DNA of 64,000 bases from Acidobacteriota bacterium (GTDB lineage Bacteria > Acidobacteriota > UBA890 > WLXD01): contig CBDBHB010000008.1 in assembly GCA_965205505.1 (NCBI GenBank), forward strand, positions 512,001 through 576,000, in the 5' to 3' direction. Of this stretch, positions 22,731 through 32,388 are shown piece by piece. The stretch's first letter is position 1. Every line of letters starts with the position of its first letter. The translations under genes and the position numbers were made by a program. The notes beneath the pieces were generated by a model. The model saw only the letters and a program-made list of their open reading frames with translations, had not been told where the DNA came from and did no database searches.

Positions 22731-23498
22731 TCGCTGCCCGCTGCGAAACCCGGGCCACTTCCTCTGCGTAATGCAAGCAAGGAGAGCCCGGACGCCCGAC
22801 CGTCGCCCGCTCCTCCCCGTTTCCGAGGCCGGTCATGATCACCCAGAAGCTCCGCACCACGATACGCAAGCTCGCCCTGTCGCCCTTCTTCTCGATCGTC
22901 GCAATATTGACGTTGGCGTTGGGGATCTCCGCCATAGTAATGTAACTAAATTACGTATTTACAATAGTTTACAGGAACTTCTAGTAGGCTATCACCTCAC
23001 TATTACCACCATTAAATCTGGGAATAAAGCGAACTTCTCCGGACCTCTGGGGAGCCCTGAACACACCGAGCGCCGAGGCCACAATCGCACCCGGGGCTGC
23101 AACTACACCACGCATCGCGGCCTCTTATTGCCCCATCTTCGGGTCGCTAGCACAGCGAGCCGACCTTCACGGGCGCGCCCGAGCTGTACCTTTCACCCCT
23201 CATGTGACCAAGGCACTGCCTGGTCCCATAGCGCCTCCAGGGCTTCGGTGTCGCCGGCAGCGCGGGCGCGTACCAGCGCCGCCAGGAGTGCCCCATCCAT
23301 CCGGAACACCTCTGTGCGCCGGTACCAGGTCGGTGGCCCTCCAGCCGTGGTGAGCTCCACTGCCTGGTCGGTCACGGCCAGCACACGCCGCAATGCGGCG
23401 CGCCCATCCGCCATGCGGCACACAACCAGCTGGCCTCTCTTCATGCAGCACGATAAGAGCTTAAGCTAGGAAGTTCCGGATGGAACTTTAACCTACTG

Positions 23499-24047
23499 AT
23501 GGAGAACAAGGTGATGGCTATCAACAAGGCAGTTCGTGACGGACTCCAAGCAGAACAAGCAGACGTTGCGGATGAGATGGCTCAGCTTGAGGCACGGCTG
23601 CAGTGGCTCAAGACACGACAGGACGCCCTCCACTTAATCCTGCAACAAGAGGCAGCACCTCCGGAACAAAAGGCGGCACCGGACGCCGGACTGCGCCGAC
23701 TCAGTGTTCGTGATGCGGCCCGAGCGGTACTCAAGGAGGCTGGGGCGCTGAAGCCTTCGCGGGTCACGCAGATTCTGCGCGATCGTGGCTATCAGCTCAA
23801 AGGAAAGATGAAGCCGGGTGCGCGTGTCGGGCAGGAGCTTTGGGCGATGGCCAAGTCGGGCACGCTGAGCAAGAACTCCGCTGGAGAGTACTTCTTGCCC
23901 GGTGAGGAACAAGACGAACCGAACACGGCTGCGCCACCGCCGCCCAGCTCCGATGAGGATGCCTCAGCCGTTGTCCGGAACGAATCAGCCGGCGCAACAG
24001 GTGCGGACAGCGGTACCGAGGCAGAAGGGTCAGGAGCATCGAGTTGA
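23499..24047 (+). CDS. Hypothetical protein, coiled coil plus putative winged-helix DNA-binding domain
   Basis: N-terminal heptad helix then LSVRDAARAVLKEAGALKPSRVTQILRDRGY. Confidence 0.55.
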   Translation: MENKVMAINKAVRDGLQAEQADVADEMAQLEARLQWLKTRQDALHLILQQEAAPPEQKAAPDAGLRRLSVRDAARAVLKEAGALKPSRVTQILRDRGYQLKGKMKPGARVGQELWAMAKSGTLSKNSAGEYFLPGEEQDEPNTAAPPPPSSDEDASAVVRNESAGATGADSGTEAEGSGASS

Positions 24048-24519
24048 CGGTCTTGAGGTGGTGCCGGTGAGTTCCACTCCATTCGAGCCGTCACTGCCGG
24101 GTGATGGACCTTAGCCCCTTCGGCGGCGCTCAGGGTCCGGTGGCGTTTGTCTTTCACGACGGCGGCACGACGCCGCTCGATCTTTCCTTTCACTTCCTCG
24201 ACGCCGATGGCGGTTCCGAAGTTACTCCGGAACTGTGCGCCGCCGAGACCGGTGGCCGCGTCCGAGTTCATGTTGACGGGCTTCCTGACATATTCGACGT
24301 GCGGTGGCAGGACTCGGCACTGTGCTGCGACGGCGCGCCAGGGCAGCTTTTCGTTCTTCCTCGGACGTTGCGACTCGACCTCGGTCACACCTCGTTACGG
24401 TGGCTGCTCACTGGCTCATGCGGCCAACGGGGCTGGAGTGTGGCGCAAAACGACACGGCGGGGAGGTCGGTCGACAGCGTGCCACTCGACCGGGTGCAGC
24501 GCATTGACTTCGTATTGCA

Positions 24520-24748
24520 GTAGGGGGCCTACATCAAGCCCGATCGCCTTCGGCGACAGATCCAGAGAGTCCATCAAAATTTGGTGGAACAATGCCTCGC
24601 AGCCGATGCCGATCTGTCGGTACACACTCGTCATCCCACCGGCGGCCTTGTGCGCCGTGTACATCAGCGGGATTAGCGAGGCACATCCAGTGATAGGAGG
24701 GGTCGCTTCCACGCATCTGCTCGAAGTCCGCGAGCGAGAAGCCGACCT
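24520..24748 (-). pseudogene. Frameshifted fragment of putative type II restriction endonuclease-like protein
   Basis: DPSYHW...PLMYTAHKAAGGMTSVYRQIGIGCE split over two frames and cut at the tRNA remnant; family assignment from memory. Confidence 0.4.
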
Positions 24749-24805
24749 TAGGTTCAGGACCTAGTGGGCGCAAGCCCGTGGGGGTTCAAGTCCCTCCTTG
24801 GGCAC
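24749..24805 (+). other. 3' fragment of tRNA-Leu(CAG), att-site remnant
   Basis: TAGG-TTCAGGA-CCTAG anticodon arm, long variable arm GGGC-GCAA-GCCC, GGTTCAAGTCC T-arm; no D-arm or 5' acceptor strand. Confidence 0.85.
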
Positions 24806-24840
24806 TACGGGTTAACCTCTTATAAAACAAGAAGATGTCG

Positions 24841-24873
24841 AGGGGACCGGGGCATTTCGTCTCGGTCCCCTTT
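24841..24873 (+). terminator. Intrinsic terminator-like hairpin after att remnant
   Basis: AGGGGACCG...CGGTCCCCT then short T run. Confidence 0.55.
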
Positions 24874-25159
24874 CGCCGTTTCCAGGGCGAAAATTAACAA
24901 ACAGTTAACAAAACGGTCGCGAATTCGTCGTCGGTGGCGGTGATGATGCTGTTTGCCGACGGAGACATCGTCCGCTCGATGCAGCGGGCCGATACGGCAT
25001 AGCAACCGTTACGGGCCCTTTTCACCGAAGTCCGACCCGGCGCGCGTACGGACCCGACGCTTAGAGGTGACCCGGGAGGGTCCCGACGGCCTCGGCGATC
25101 GGATTCTTTACCGTGAGGATGAGCCCCGACTTCGCGATGTCGCACCGGGCCGCTCCTAC

Positions 25160-25720
25160 GCGTTCGATGGTGACGGCCATTACTTCCTGCTCATCATGGA
25201 CGACTGGCTGCTCATGCCCTTCATCACCACCGAGCGGCGCAAGATCCTCAAGGTCATCGAGGATCGCCACGAGCTTGCCTCAACGTTGATCGCCTCCCGC
25301 CTGCCGATCCCAGCCTGGCACGAGGCGCTGGCGAACCGACGGTCGCGGGCGCGATCTGTGACCGCCTGATCCACGCGGCTCACAAGATCCAGCTCAAGGG
25401 CTGCTCGATGCGTGAGATCCGCGCCCAGAGTCGATCGAAAAGCTAGTCGATGACGCCCGTCGCTGCGCTCCGATCCCGAACGCCGCCTCAGGGCCGTGGA
25501 TCCTGCCTGGCCTGTAGAAAACGCTGCGCGTTTACCACCGATCCTTGGGCGGCGCTGCGCGCCGCAGCACAGTTTCCACAGTCCCCCACGGCTACTACTC
25601 CTGCAACCCCGACTCCCAAGCAGATAAGCTACTCGTCGCTTCACTCCGATGGTGTGATCCCGTTCAGCCGAAACTGCTGATTACGTTGCACCGAAACGAG
25701 CGATCACGTTCCCCGAAATA
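25160..25720 (+). mobile_element. istB: IS21-family remnant (degenerate istB 3' part and right end)
   Basis: LLIMDDW...IEDRHELASTLIASRLPIPAWH and DRLIHAAHKIQLKGCSMR; three GATyaCGTT..CCGAAA repeats at about 23-bp period (25656-25719); terminal CA absent. Confidence 0.82.
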
Positions 25721-25827
25721 GGCTGTGCCCGCCTTCGACGAAGGGTAGAGCGTGGAGGTGGCACTCAGAAAGCGCTGAGGACGGATCGTTTTCCCGCAGC
25801 CTGCTCGAGCACAACGGAATACGCTGT

Positions 25828-27402
25828 ATGGCCAAGCTACGCCGACTTCTAACACATGGGTACCTCCCTGAGGAGTTGCCGCAAGCCTTCAACAGCAACT
25901 CCTTTGGCCGACTACTTGGGGTAGCGAGCGCGAGTCCGCAACGAGGCTTCTATCGAACAAGGGGCAAAAAACTTCCTGTATATGAACTGGCCCGCCACAA
26001 CATCGCGCGCGCCGGTCAACTACGACGAGTTCTTTCGATCCCGAACCCTCTCGGACACTACTCTCTGGCACGTGAGATCGCCGTTAATTGGGAGCCCATT
26101 CAATCTCAATGTCGACGGAGTTCTCTTTCCCGAACCACGCCGTTGGCGGTGGACCAAGGTCCCCGGGCACTCATGTCCGAGACAGGAATCGAAGATCGGG
26201 TCCGACTTCGAGCTAGGTACAGAGCAACTGGCGGGTACCTTCTACGTGCGGACATCCAGAGCTTCTATCAATCGATCTACACGCACTCCATCCGCTGGGC
26301 GCTCTACGGTAAGGTCAAAGCAAAGCAGAACCGTTATGGACGCAACTTAGGCAACAATCTCGATTATTGGATTCGCCAAGCACAGGATCAGCAGACCAAG
26401 GGCATTCCTATCGGGCCCGACACCTCGTTGGTTATCGCAGAGATCGTGTTGAGTGCTGTCGATGAGGCTCTCGAAAAGAAGCTCGGTCGCGTCGTGGGAT
26501 TCAGGGCAATCGATGACTACGAACTCGCCTTCAAATCGCGAGACGAGGCCGAGGGAGCACTCGCCGGCCTCCAGACAGAGCTAATGCGCTTCGAGCTCCA
26601 ACTCAATCAGAACAAGTGTTCTGTACACCCACTGCCGGAGCCTATCACGCCGCTATGGACGACACAGTTGCGCACCTTCAAGATCCGATCGACTAGTCGC
26701 GAGCAGATCTCGGACCTCATGGAGTTCTTCAGCTTGGCGTTCGAACTTTTCCAACAATTCTCCGCTTCGTCGATACTACGATACGCAATTGGGCGGACAA
26801 GCAATGAGAACATCGACCCGGCGGCATGGCCCGTCTACCAAGATCTCCTGCTTCAGTGCGCCACTTCCGAGTCAGGCACCATCAGGTGGGTGCTTGCAGA
26901 GCTAGACCGCTACGCGAGCAATAGCGGGTGCTTGGATCACGACCGCATCCAACAGATGCTCACCGGTCTCATTACTCGCCATCTGCCCCTTGGCCACGGA
27001 AGTGAGGTGGCGTGGGCCATCTGGACCGCCATCAAACTAAAGATCAGGCTCGGGCATGAAGCGAGCGTCGATCTGACTCAAATGGAGGATCCTCTAGTAC
27101 CCATCCTGGCACTGGATGCGGACGCAAGAGGGTTGTTTGACTCTCATCTGGATAAGGGCCCGTGGAGCGCTATGATGACCGTGCAGGATCTCCACGGCGC
27201 GAATTGGCTGCTCGCCTACGAGGCTAGCGTTCAGGGGTGGCTTCCCTCCGTGGGAACACGCGATCACATAAAAGACTCGAGAGGATTTTCTTATCTGCGT
27301 CGGAACGATGTCCGCTTCTACAATCGCGCCGCGTCCGCTCGCTACATCAAGACGTGGCCGAGTCGGTTCACATTCTCGCAGCTGATTGGCTATGGCATCT
27401 AG
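25828..27402 (+). CDS. Class 1 Abi/UG-type reverse transcriptase (AbiK/Abi-P2-like) with alpha-helical C-terminal domain; probable anti-phage protein
   Basis: 524 aa; GYLPEELP, RADIQSFYQSIYTHSIRWA, GIPIGPDTS..IAEI, catalytic region FRAIDDY, LQLNQNK. Confidence 0.88.
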   Translation: MAKLRRLLTHGYLPEELPQAFNSNSFGRLLGVASASPQRGFYRTRGKKLPVYELARHNIARAGQLRRVLSIPNPLGHYSLAREIAVNWEPIQSQCRRSSLSRTTPLAVDQGPRALMSETGIEDRVRLRARYRATGGYLLRADIQSFYQSIYTHSIRWALYGKVKAKQNRYGRNLGNNLDYWIRQAQDQQTKGIPIGPDTSLVIAEIVLSAVDEALEKKLGRVVGFRAIDDYELAFKSRDEAEGALAGLQTELMRFELQLNQNKCSVHPLPEPITPLWTTQLRTFKIRSTSREQISDLMEFFSLAFELFQQFSASSILRYAIGRTSNENIDPAAWPVYQDLLLQCATSESGTIRWVLAELDRYASNSGCLDHDRIQQMLTGLITRHLPLGHGSEVAWAIWTAIKLKIRLGHEASVDLTQMEDPLVPILALDADARGLFDSHLDKGPWSAMMTVQDLHGANWLLAYEASVQGWLPSVGTRDHIKDSRGFSYLRRNDVRFYNRAASARYIKTWPSRFTFSQLIGYGI

Positions 27403-27538
27403 TTCGGCGTCTCCGACTCTCGTGACGATTGACCTTGCCCCGCTTTCCCGGACACTTAGTTAAGATCCATTGTCGTAGTCGTGACCTGCCCCCCAAAGCT
27501 GGACACATCAAAACGAGAAAATCTCGGGGTATGAGTGC

Positions 27539-28390
27539 TCATCCTTCGGCAACCTGTTGGAGCTGTTGGACATACACAGCCGGAGCTAGATATCCCAAGG
27601 AAGAATGCGGTCTCGTTTCGTTGTACTCCCGGCGCCACCCCTCCAGCTGTTCCTGGGCCTCAGAGAGGCTCAGGAACCAGCTCTGGCTCAGACACTCGTC
27701 CCTGAGTTTGCCGTTGAAGCTCTCGATGTAGCCGTTCTCGACCGGTCGGCCGGGGCTGATGAAGTCCAGTTGGATACCGGCCGTGTAGGCCCAAGCGTCG
27801 AAGTGGTTGGAAGTGAACTCCGTGCCGTTGTCGAGCGTCAAGGCGATCGGCGCACCTCGTTGCGCCACGACCTTCTCGAGCACGTCCGTGACTCGCCTGG
27901 AGGGCAGCGACACGTCCGCCTCCAGCGCTAGGCATTCGCGGCTGTGGATGTCGATCACCGTGAGCACGCGGAACCTCCGGCCGTTGGCCAGAGCATCGCT
28001 GACGAAGTCCAGACTCCACCGCTCGTTGGGTGCCGACGGGGCCGGCAGATGAGCCCGCGGCCGCGCCGCGACCTTTCGCCGACGGGGTCGCGTTCGTAAC
28101 TGCAGTCTCTCCTGCTGGTAGAGCCGCAGCACTCGCTTGGCGTTGATCTTCCAGCCCTCCCGGCACAACAGCACATGCAATCGTCGATATCCGTAACGCG
28201 GCCGGGCCGCCGCCAGGTCGCGGATTCTGAGTCGCAGTGCCTCCTGCGGATCTTTTCGGTGCCGATAGTAGAAACTGCTGCGCTGAAGTTGCATCAGCCC
28301 GCACGCGCGGCGTGTCCCGATCTGGTACCGCTGTCGGGTTTGACGCACCAGCTGGCGCTTGCGCGCGGGCCTCAGACTTTTCTTGCCAGC
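27539..28390 (-). CDS. IS3 transposase OrfB (inner IS)
   Basis: WSLDF, DNGTEF, ENGYIESFNGKLRDE; A-run frameshift window at end of orfA. Confidence 0.9.
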   Translation of the reverse strand, partial: AGKKSLRPARKRQLVRQTRQRYQIGTRRACGLMQLQRSSFYYRHRKDPQEALRLRIRDLAAARPRYGYRRLHVLLCREGWKINAKRVLRLYQQERLQLRTRPRRRKVAARPRAHLPAPSAPNERWSLDFVSDALANGRRFRVLTVIDIHSRECLALEADVSLPSRRVTDVLEKVVAQRGAPIALTLDNGTEFTSNHFDAWAYTAGIQLDFISPGRPVENGYIESFNGKLRDECLSQSWFLSLSEAQEQLEGWRREYNETRPHSSLGYLAPAVYVQQLQQVAEG

Positions 28391-28638
28391 ACATCCTGGA
28401 GGATCTGCTTGTCCAATCTCAGATCGGCTACCAGCTTCTTGAGTTGACCGTTCTCCCGCTCCAGCTCTTTGAGCCGTCGCAGCTCGCTCGGCGCTAACCC
28501 CCCGTACTTGCTGCGCCACCGATAAAACGTCTGCTGGCTGACCCCGTACTTGCGGCACAACTCCGGAATCGGTACGCCGAGCTCCACCTGCTTGATCGCC
28601 GTGACGATCTGCGCGTCGCTGAATCGGGACCTCTTCAC
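28372..28638 (-). CDS. IS3 transposase OrfA (inner IS)
   Basis: KRSRFSDAQI...ELCRKYGVSQQTFYRW HTH. Confidence 0.92.
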   Translation of the reverse strand: MKRSRFSDAQIVTAIKQVELGVPIPELCRKYGVSQQTFYRWRSKYGGLAPSELRRLKELERENGQLKKLVADLRLDKQILQDVLARKV

Positions 28639-28659
28639 GAGTTTCTCCTCCTCTTTCGA

Positions 28660-29682
28660 TTACGGAGATTTTCTCGCTTCGATGCGTCCAGTTTCCAGGG
28701 GCAGGTCAGTCGTATTAGCGGCTGTGGGAGCTGTTGGCAACGCGGAGCGTTGTCCAAGCGACGGTGGAAATCGGGAGTCGATTTCCACGGGCGCGTCAGC
28801 TTCCACAGCTGATTGGCCGCTCTGGCCTGGCCGCCGCATTGCCGCCTCGAACTGAGCCGGACTCTGGTCTCCGATCGAGGTGTGCATGCGAGCCCGGTTG
28901 TAGAACACTTCGATGTAGTGGAACAACTCGGCTCGGGCCGCCGCCCGGGAACTGAAGCAGCCACCGAGTTGGAACTTCAGGGTAGAGAAGAAACTCTCCA
29001 TCGGCGCGTTATCCCAGCAGTCTCCTTTCCTGCTCATGCTGATGGTGAAGCCACGGTCACGCAGCTTGTCTAGGTAATCGTCGCTGCTGTACTGGCTGCC
29101 GCGGTCGCTGTGATGGAGCACTCCGGAACCGGGACGGCGTTGCTCCAAGGCCTGATCCAGGACCGCCAGCGTCAAATCGTCCGTCATCGTCTCGCTCACC
29201 GCCCAGCCGATGATCCGTCGCGAGCACAGATCCATCACCACGGCCAGGTATAGCCATCCTTCCTGCGTCCACAGGTATGTCAGGTCGCCCACCCAGACGC
29301 TGTCCACGGCATCCACCGTGAAGCGCCGTGCCAGCACGTTGGGCGCCGCTGACCGGCCAGGTGTGGGCCGTGTTGTCACCCGGAACCGACGGGGTTGGCG
29401 AGCTCGAAGTCCTTCCTGGCGCATCAGCCGAGCTACCCGCTTGCGAGAGCAGCGGATCCCTCGTTGCCGAAGTTGCTTGTGGATGCGCGGACTTCCGTAA
29501 CGGTCGCGGCTCTCTCGGAATGCAGCTCTGATCTGCACACGTAGACGGCGATCTTCTCGCGCTCTCGGGCTCGGCCCCCTTCCTCGCCACTCGTAGTAAC
29601 CGCCGTGAGACACCTCGAGCATCTTGCACAACCGCCGCACCGGGAACTTGCCGGACAGTTGCTTGATGATCGGGTACTTCAT
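28660..29682 (-). CDS. IS3 transposase OrfB (outer IS), C-terminus altered by nested IS
   Basis: WVGDLTY, HSDRGSQY, CWDNAPMESFF; ATGA overlap with orfA. Confidence 0.9.
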   Translation of the reverse strand: MKYPIIKQLSGKFPVRRLCKMLEVSHGGYYEWRGRGPSPRAREDRRLRVQIRAAFRESRDRYGSPRIHKQLRQRGIRCSRKRVARLMRQEGLRARQPRRFRVTTRPTPGRSAAPNVLARRFTVDAVDSVWVGDLTYLWTQEGWLYLAVVMDLCSRRIIGWAVSETMTDDLTLAVLDQALEQRRPGSGVLHHSDRGSQYSSDDYLDKLRDRGFTISMSRKGDCWDNAPMESFFSTLKFQLGGCFSSRAAARAELFHYIEVFYNRARMHTSIGDQSPAQFEAAMRRPGQSGQSAVEADAPVEIDSRFPPSLGQRSALPTAPTAANTTDLPLETGRIEARKSP

Positions 29683-29972
29683 CGCGGGCGTTCCGAGAAG
29701 ATCGCCAACGCTTTTTTTAGAATGTCGCGCACCTGCCGTACTCGCCGCACGTCCCGCCGTAGCTGTTGCCCGTCCAGGTCCTGGTCGGGCATCTTCCCCG
29801 CGCCCGGAAACGCCGTGACCCCCTGCTCCTGGAGCTGTTTGCGCCACTTGGTCAACATGCCGCGGCCAACACCCAGATCCCGGGCCACCTCAGACACCGG
29901 ATGGCCCAGCTGCGTCACCATCCTCACTGCCTCAATCTTGAACTCGCGACTGTACCGCCGTCGTGACCCCAT
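29679..29972 (-). CDS. IS3 transposase OrfA (outer IS)
   Basis: RRRYSREFKIEAV...VARDLGV; DILKKALAIFS. Confidence 0.92.
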   Translation of the reverse strand: MGSRRRYSREFKIEAVRMVTQLGHPVSEVARDLGVGRGMLTKWRKQLQEQGVTAFPGAGKMPDQDLDGQQLRRDVRRVRQVRDILKKALAIFSERPR

Positions 29973-30348
29973 GCTTCACCTCCGAGCCCATTATCGGGCT
30001 TCCAAAGGTGTCCGGGAAATCGGGGGAGGCCCAGATGTCGATCTGCTGGTCGAGATCGAAACCGGCCCCGGTCGTAGGCCTGTAGCTCGTCCAGGTAGCG
30101 CGTCAAGTGATCGGCGCGCCGCGAAGCCGGCGGCCCTCATCGCCTCCGGAGCGACGTCGCCGCGCTGGATCGGCGGCGCCAGGCCGCCAGGGCCACCGAC
30201 GACGACGACTCGCGCAGTACCGGTCGATGAAGGCTTCGAAGCACCCGCCCGCCGCGGCGTACTGAGGCTCCGGCCCCTCGTGACGCGTAGGTGCGGGGCA
30301 GCGCACCGCGTACGGATCTCGTTACGGACGTTCCTCCGCCCGTGGGGC

Positions 30349-30520
30349 TCAATCTCTCGTTGCGGCGCCGAACTCTTGTTCCAGCTCGTAGAACAACGCG
30401 TCGCGCACGAGCACGACCGGCGAGAACCCGATGCGGTAGATACGGTCGTGAAAGTCCTTCAACGTTCCCCCCTGATCGAGCTCGCGCATCTCTTGGAAGT
30501 AGCCCTCGTCACGGAGAAGG
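30349..30520 (-). pseudogene. DUF885-like C-terminal fragment
   Basis: GYFQEMRE...TLKDFHDRIYRIG..PV.LVRDAL. Confidence 0.4.
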
Positions 30521-30649
30521 CGGATCCCGAGGACGAAGCCGTCTACACGCTCGGGGTCAACACCAGCGGCCAGGTCGAGGAAGCCACGGTGCGGATCCTG
30601 TCGGCCTCGGGCACGGCCGGGCAACATCCGGGCAGCATCCGGTAGACTC

Positions 30650-31148
30650 TCCCGCATGGATTCACCGCACCACACCGGGCGCCGCGGCCGCGTTCAAGTG
30701 CTACCGGGATCTCGGGCCACGTCGAACGATCCGAGCCGCGGCACGTGCGGCCGGTCACGCACAGACGCCGGGTTCATGGAGCCGATGGGCGAAGCGTCAT
30801 GAATGGGCGCAGCGCGCGGCCGAGTGGGACGCTCGCGTTGATGATCGAACGCTCGACGGCTGCCGAGAATCCGCGCGGGCCCGTCGGCGAGATTGGGAGC
30901 CACTCGCGGCCGAGCTCGCGGCGGGCTGCCGAGCCGAACTCGCCGCGATGTCGAAGGGCGGCATGCGGATGACCGTCGGTGAGCTCTGCCGGCTGATCCG
31001 GGCCGGCGTTGCGATCGAAGCGATGCTCACGGGCGCGAAGGCGGCGCAAGATCGCTCCGGTGTGGATGCAGCTCAACGCTGGGCCGCAAAGCTCGAACGG
31101 ATCGCGCAACGGCAGCATGGCCTCCGATCCGACGGTGCGCTTCACTGA
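30650..31148 (+). pseudogene. Phage terminase small-subunit-like HTH protein, 5' start lost
   Basis: AFKCYRDLGPRRTIRAAA...RWAKRHEWAQRAAEWD pattern. Confidence 0.45.
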
Positions 31149-31169
31149 GAACGCGGCCGACGTCGGAGC

Positions 31170-31300
31170 GGCTGGTGAGCTGTTTATGAAAAGGGGGATC
31201 CCGGAGCATATTGGCTCCGATAACGGCCCGGAGTTCACGGTCGAGGCCGTGCGTGACTGGCTATCACGGTGAGGAATCGGGACGCTGTTCGTCGAGCCGG
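31170..31300 (+). mobile_element. IS3 transposase remnant
   Basis: RGIPEHIGSDNGPEFTVEAVRDWL*GIGTLFVEP. Confidence 0.75.
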
Positions 31301-31329
31301 TTCGAACAACCACCGGCACGCTACCTCCG

Positions 31330-32130
31330 CCGCTCTGGCGTCGAGGGCGATTCCACTGATTGCTGCGGCCGTTGGCCTCGCGCTGGTGACATGGGGGGGT
31401 ACCTCATGCTGCGCGGGCGGAGGCGCAGCAGGCACCTTCGGTGCCGCGGCTCTTGCGGCCCGATGCGGACGGCCGCCAGGTGCCGCTTGTGCCGGATTCC
31501 AACGTCACCCGTTCTCGTCGGGTTCGCGTAAGGACGCGGCTGCTCGGTGGCCTGTCGTTTTCTGAGCGCCGAGCACCGGATCCCGGAAGCACCGTCACGC
31601 TGAACCTCTTTGACGATGCCCGGTTCGTGGCGGTGCTCGAGTACGTCGAGCCGCTCGGGGACGGAGGCTACGCCTGGGCTGGCCACTTGGCGGATCGGCC
31701 CGACGCCAGCGTGATCCTCACTGTTCGAGACGGGCGCATACAAGCCAGCGTCAACGCCCTGCAGGACGGCTTCTACCTGCTCCGGGCAACACGTGATGGC
31801 GCCCAGCTCGTAGTGCAGATCGAAGGCGCGCCACCGCCCGACGCGGTGGAGATTTCCCCGAGCGACGGTGTTTCAGTTCAGCCGGACGACGATCGCACTA
31901 CGGGATCGGTTCAAAGAACCGCGCAGATTGACATGCTCGTCGTCTACACGCGGGCGGCGCAGCGAAGCGCTAGCAACATTCACGGCGTTATCGACCTGGC
32001 AATCGCCCAAACGAACAACGTCCTGCGGCGCTCGGGAATCAACGGTCGCTTGCGCCTGGTCCAGTCTGCCGAGGTCTCCTACAACGAGGGCGGGCGGAGT
32101 ACGCGCGATGTGCTCAAGCATCTCCATGAG
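31330..32130 (+). pseudogene. Reprolysin-like (M12) metallopeptidase N-terminal fragment
   Basis: VTLNLFDD prodomain; IDMLVVYT...IAQTN...RLRLV; truncated before HExxH. Confidence 0.6.
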
Positions 32131-32388
32131 CCGCTCAGTCGGCGTCGGGCCTTTCTTCTTCGGCTTGTCGCACTTCGCCGGGGTTTCCGTAGCCTCCTCC
32201 TCCTCGGCCGCCTCAGCGCGTGCGCGCTCCATGGTGCGCCGCGACACCTTGGCCACCTCGGCGAGCTCCTCGGTGGTGCGCGGTGGCGGGCCCGTCGGAA
32301 AATTCGCCACGGGGCGTATTTTTCGGCCGACCGCGCTACGGAGGTGGCTGAGGCGCAGCTCGGTACGGGGTGACCGTGCTGAGATTTT

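Larger units (their letters stand above)
27482..28708 (-). mobile_element. IS3-family element (IS407-like, inner/nested)
   Basis: ~44-bp imperfect TIRs starting TGACCTGCCCC; 4-bp TSD GTCG at 27478-27481 and 28709-28712. Confidence 0.93.
27430..30033 (-). mobile_element. IS3-family element (outer), containing a nested IS3
   Basis: Terminal inverted repeats (TIRs) TGACCTTGCCCCGCTTTCCCGGACAC / GTGTCCGGGAAATCGGGGGAGGCCCA; 3-bp target duplication (TSD) GAT at 27427-27429 and 30034-30036. Confidence 0.92.

Noticed and set aside
25721-25827. Possible retron/DRT ncRNA upstream of the RT
   Set aside because: Only about 107 nt with two short hairpins, no a1/a2 inverted repeat, and the RT lacks the retron VTG motif; the upstream repeats belong to the IS21 end
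29605-30645. 346-aa ORF crossing the IS end
   Set aside because: Chimeric read-through of antisense IS sequence and gene fragments
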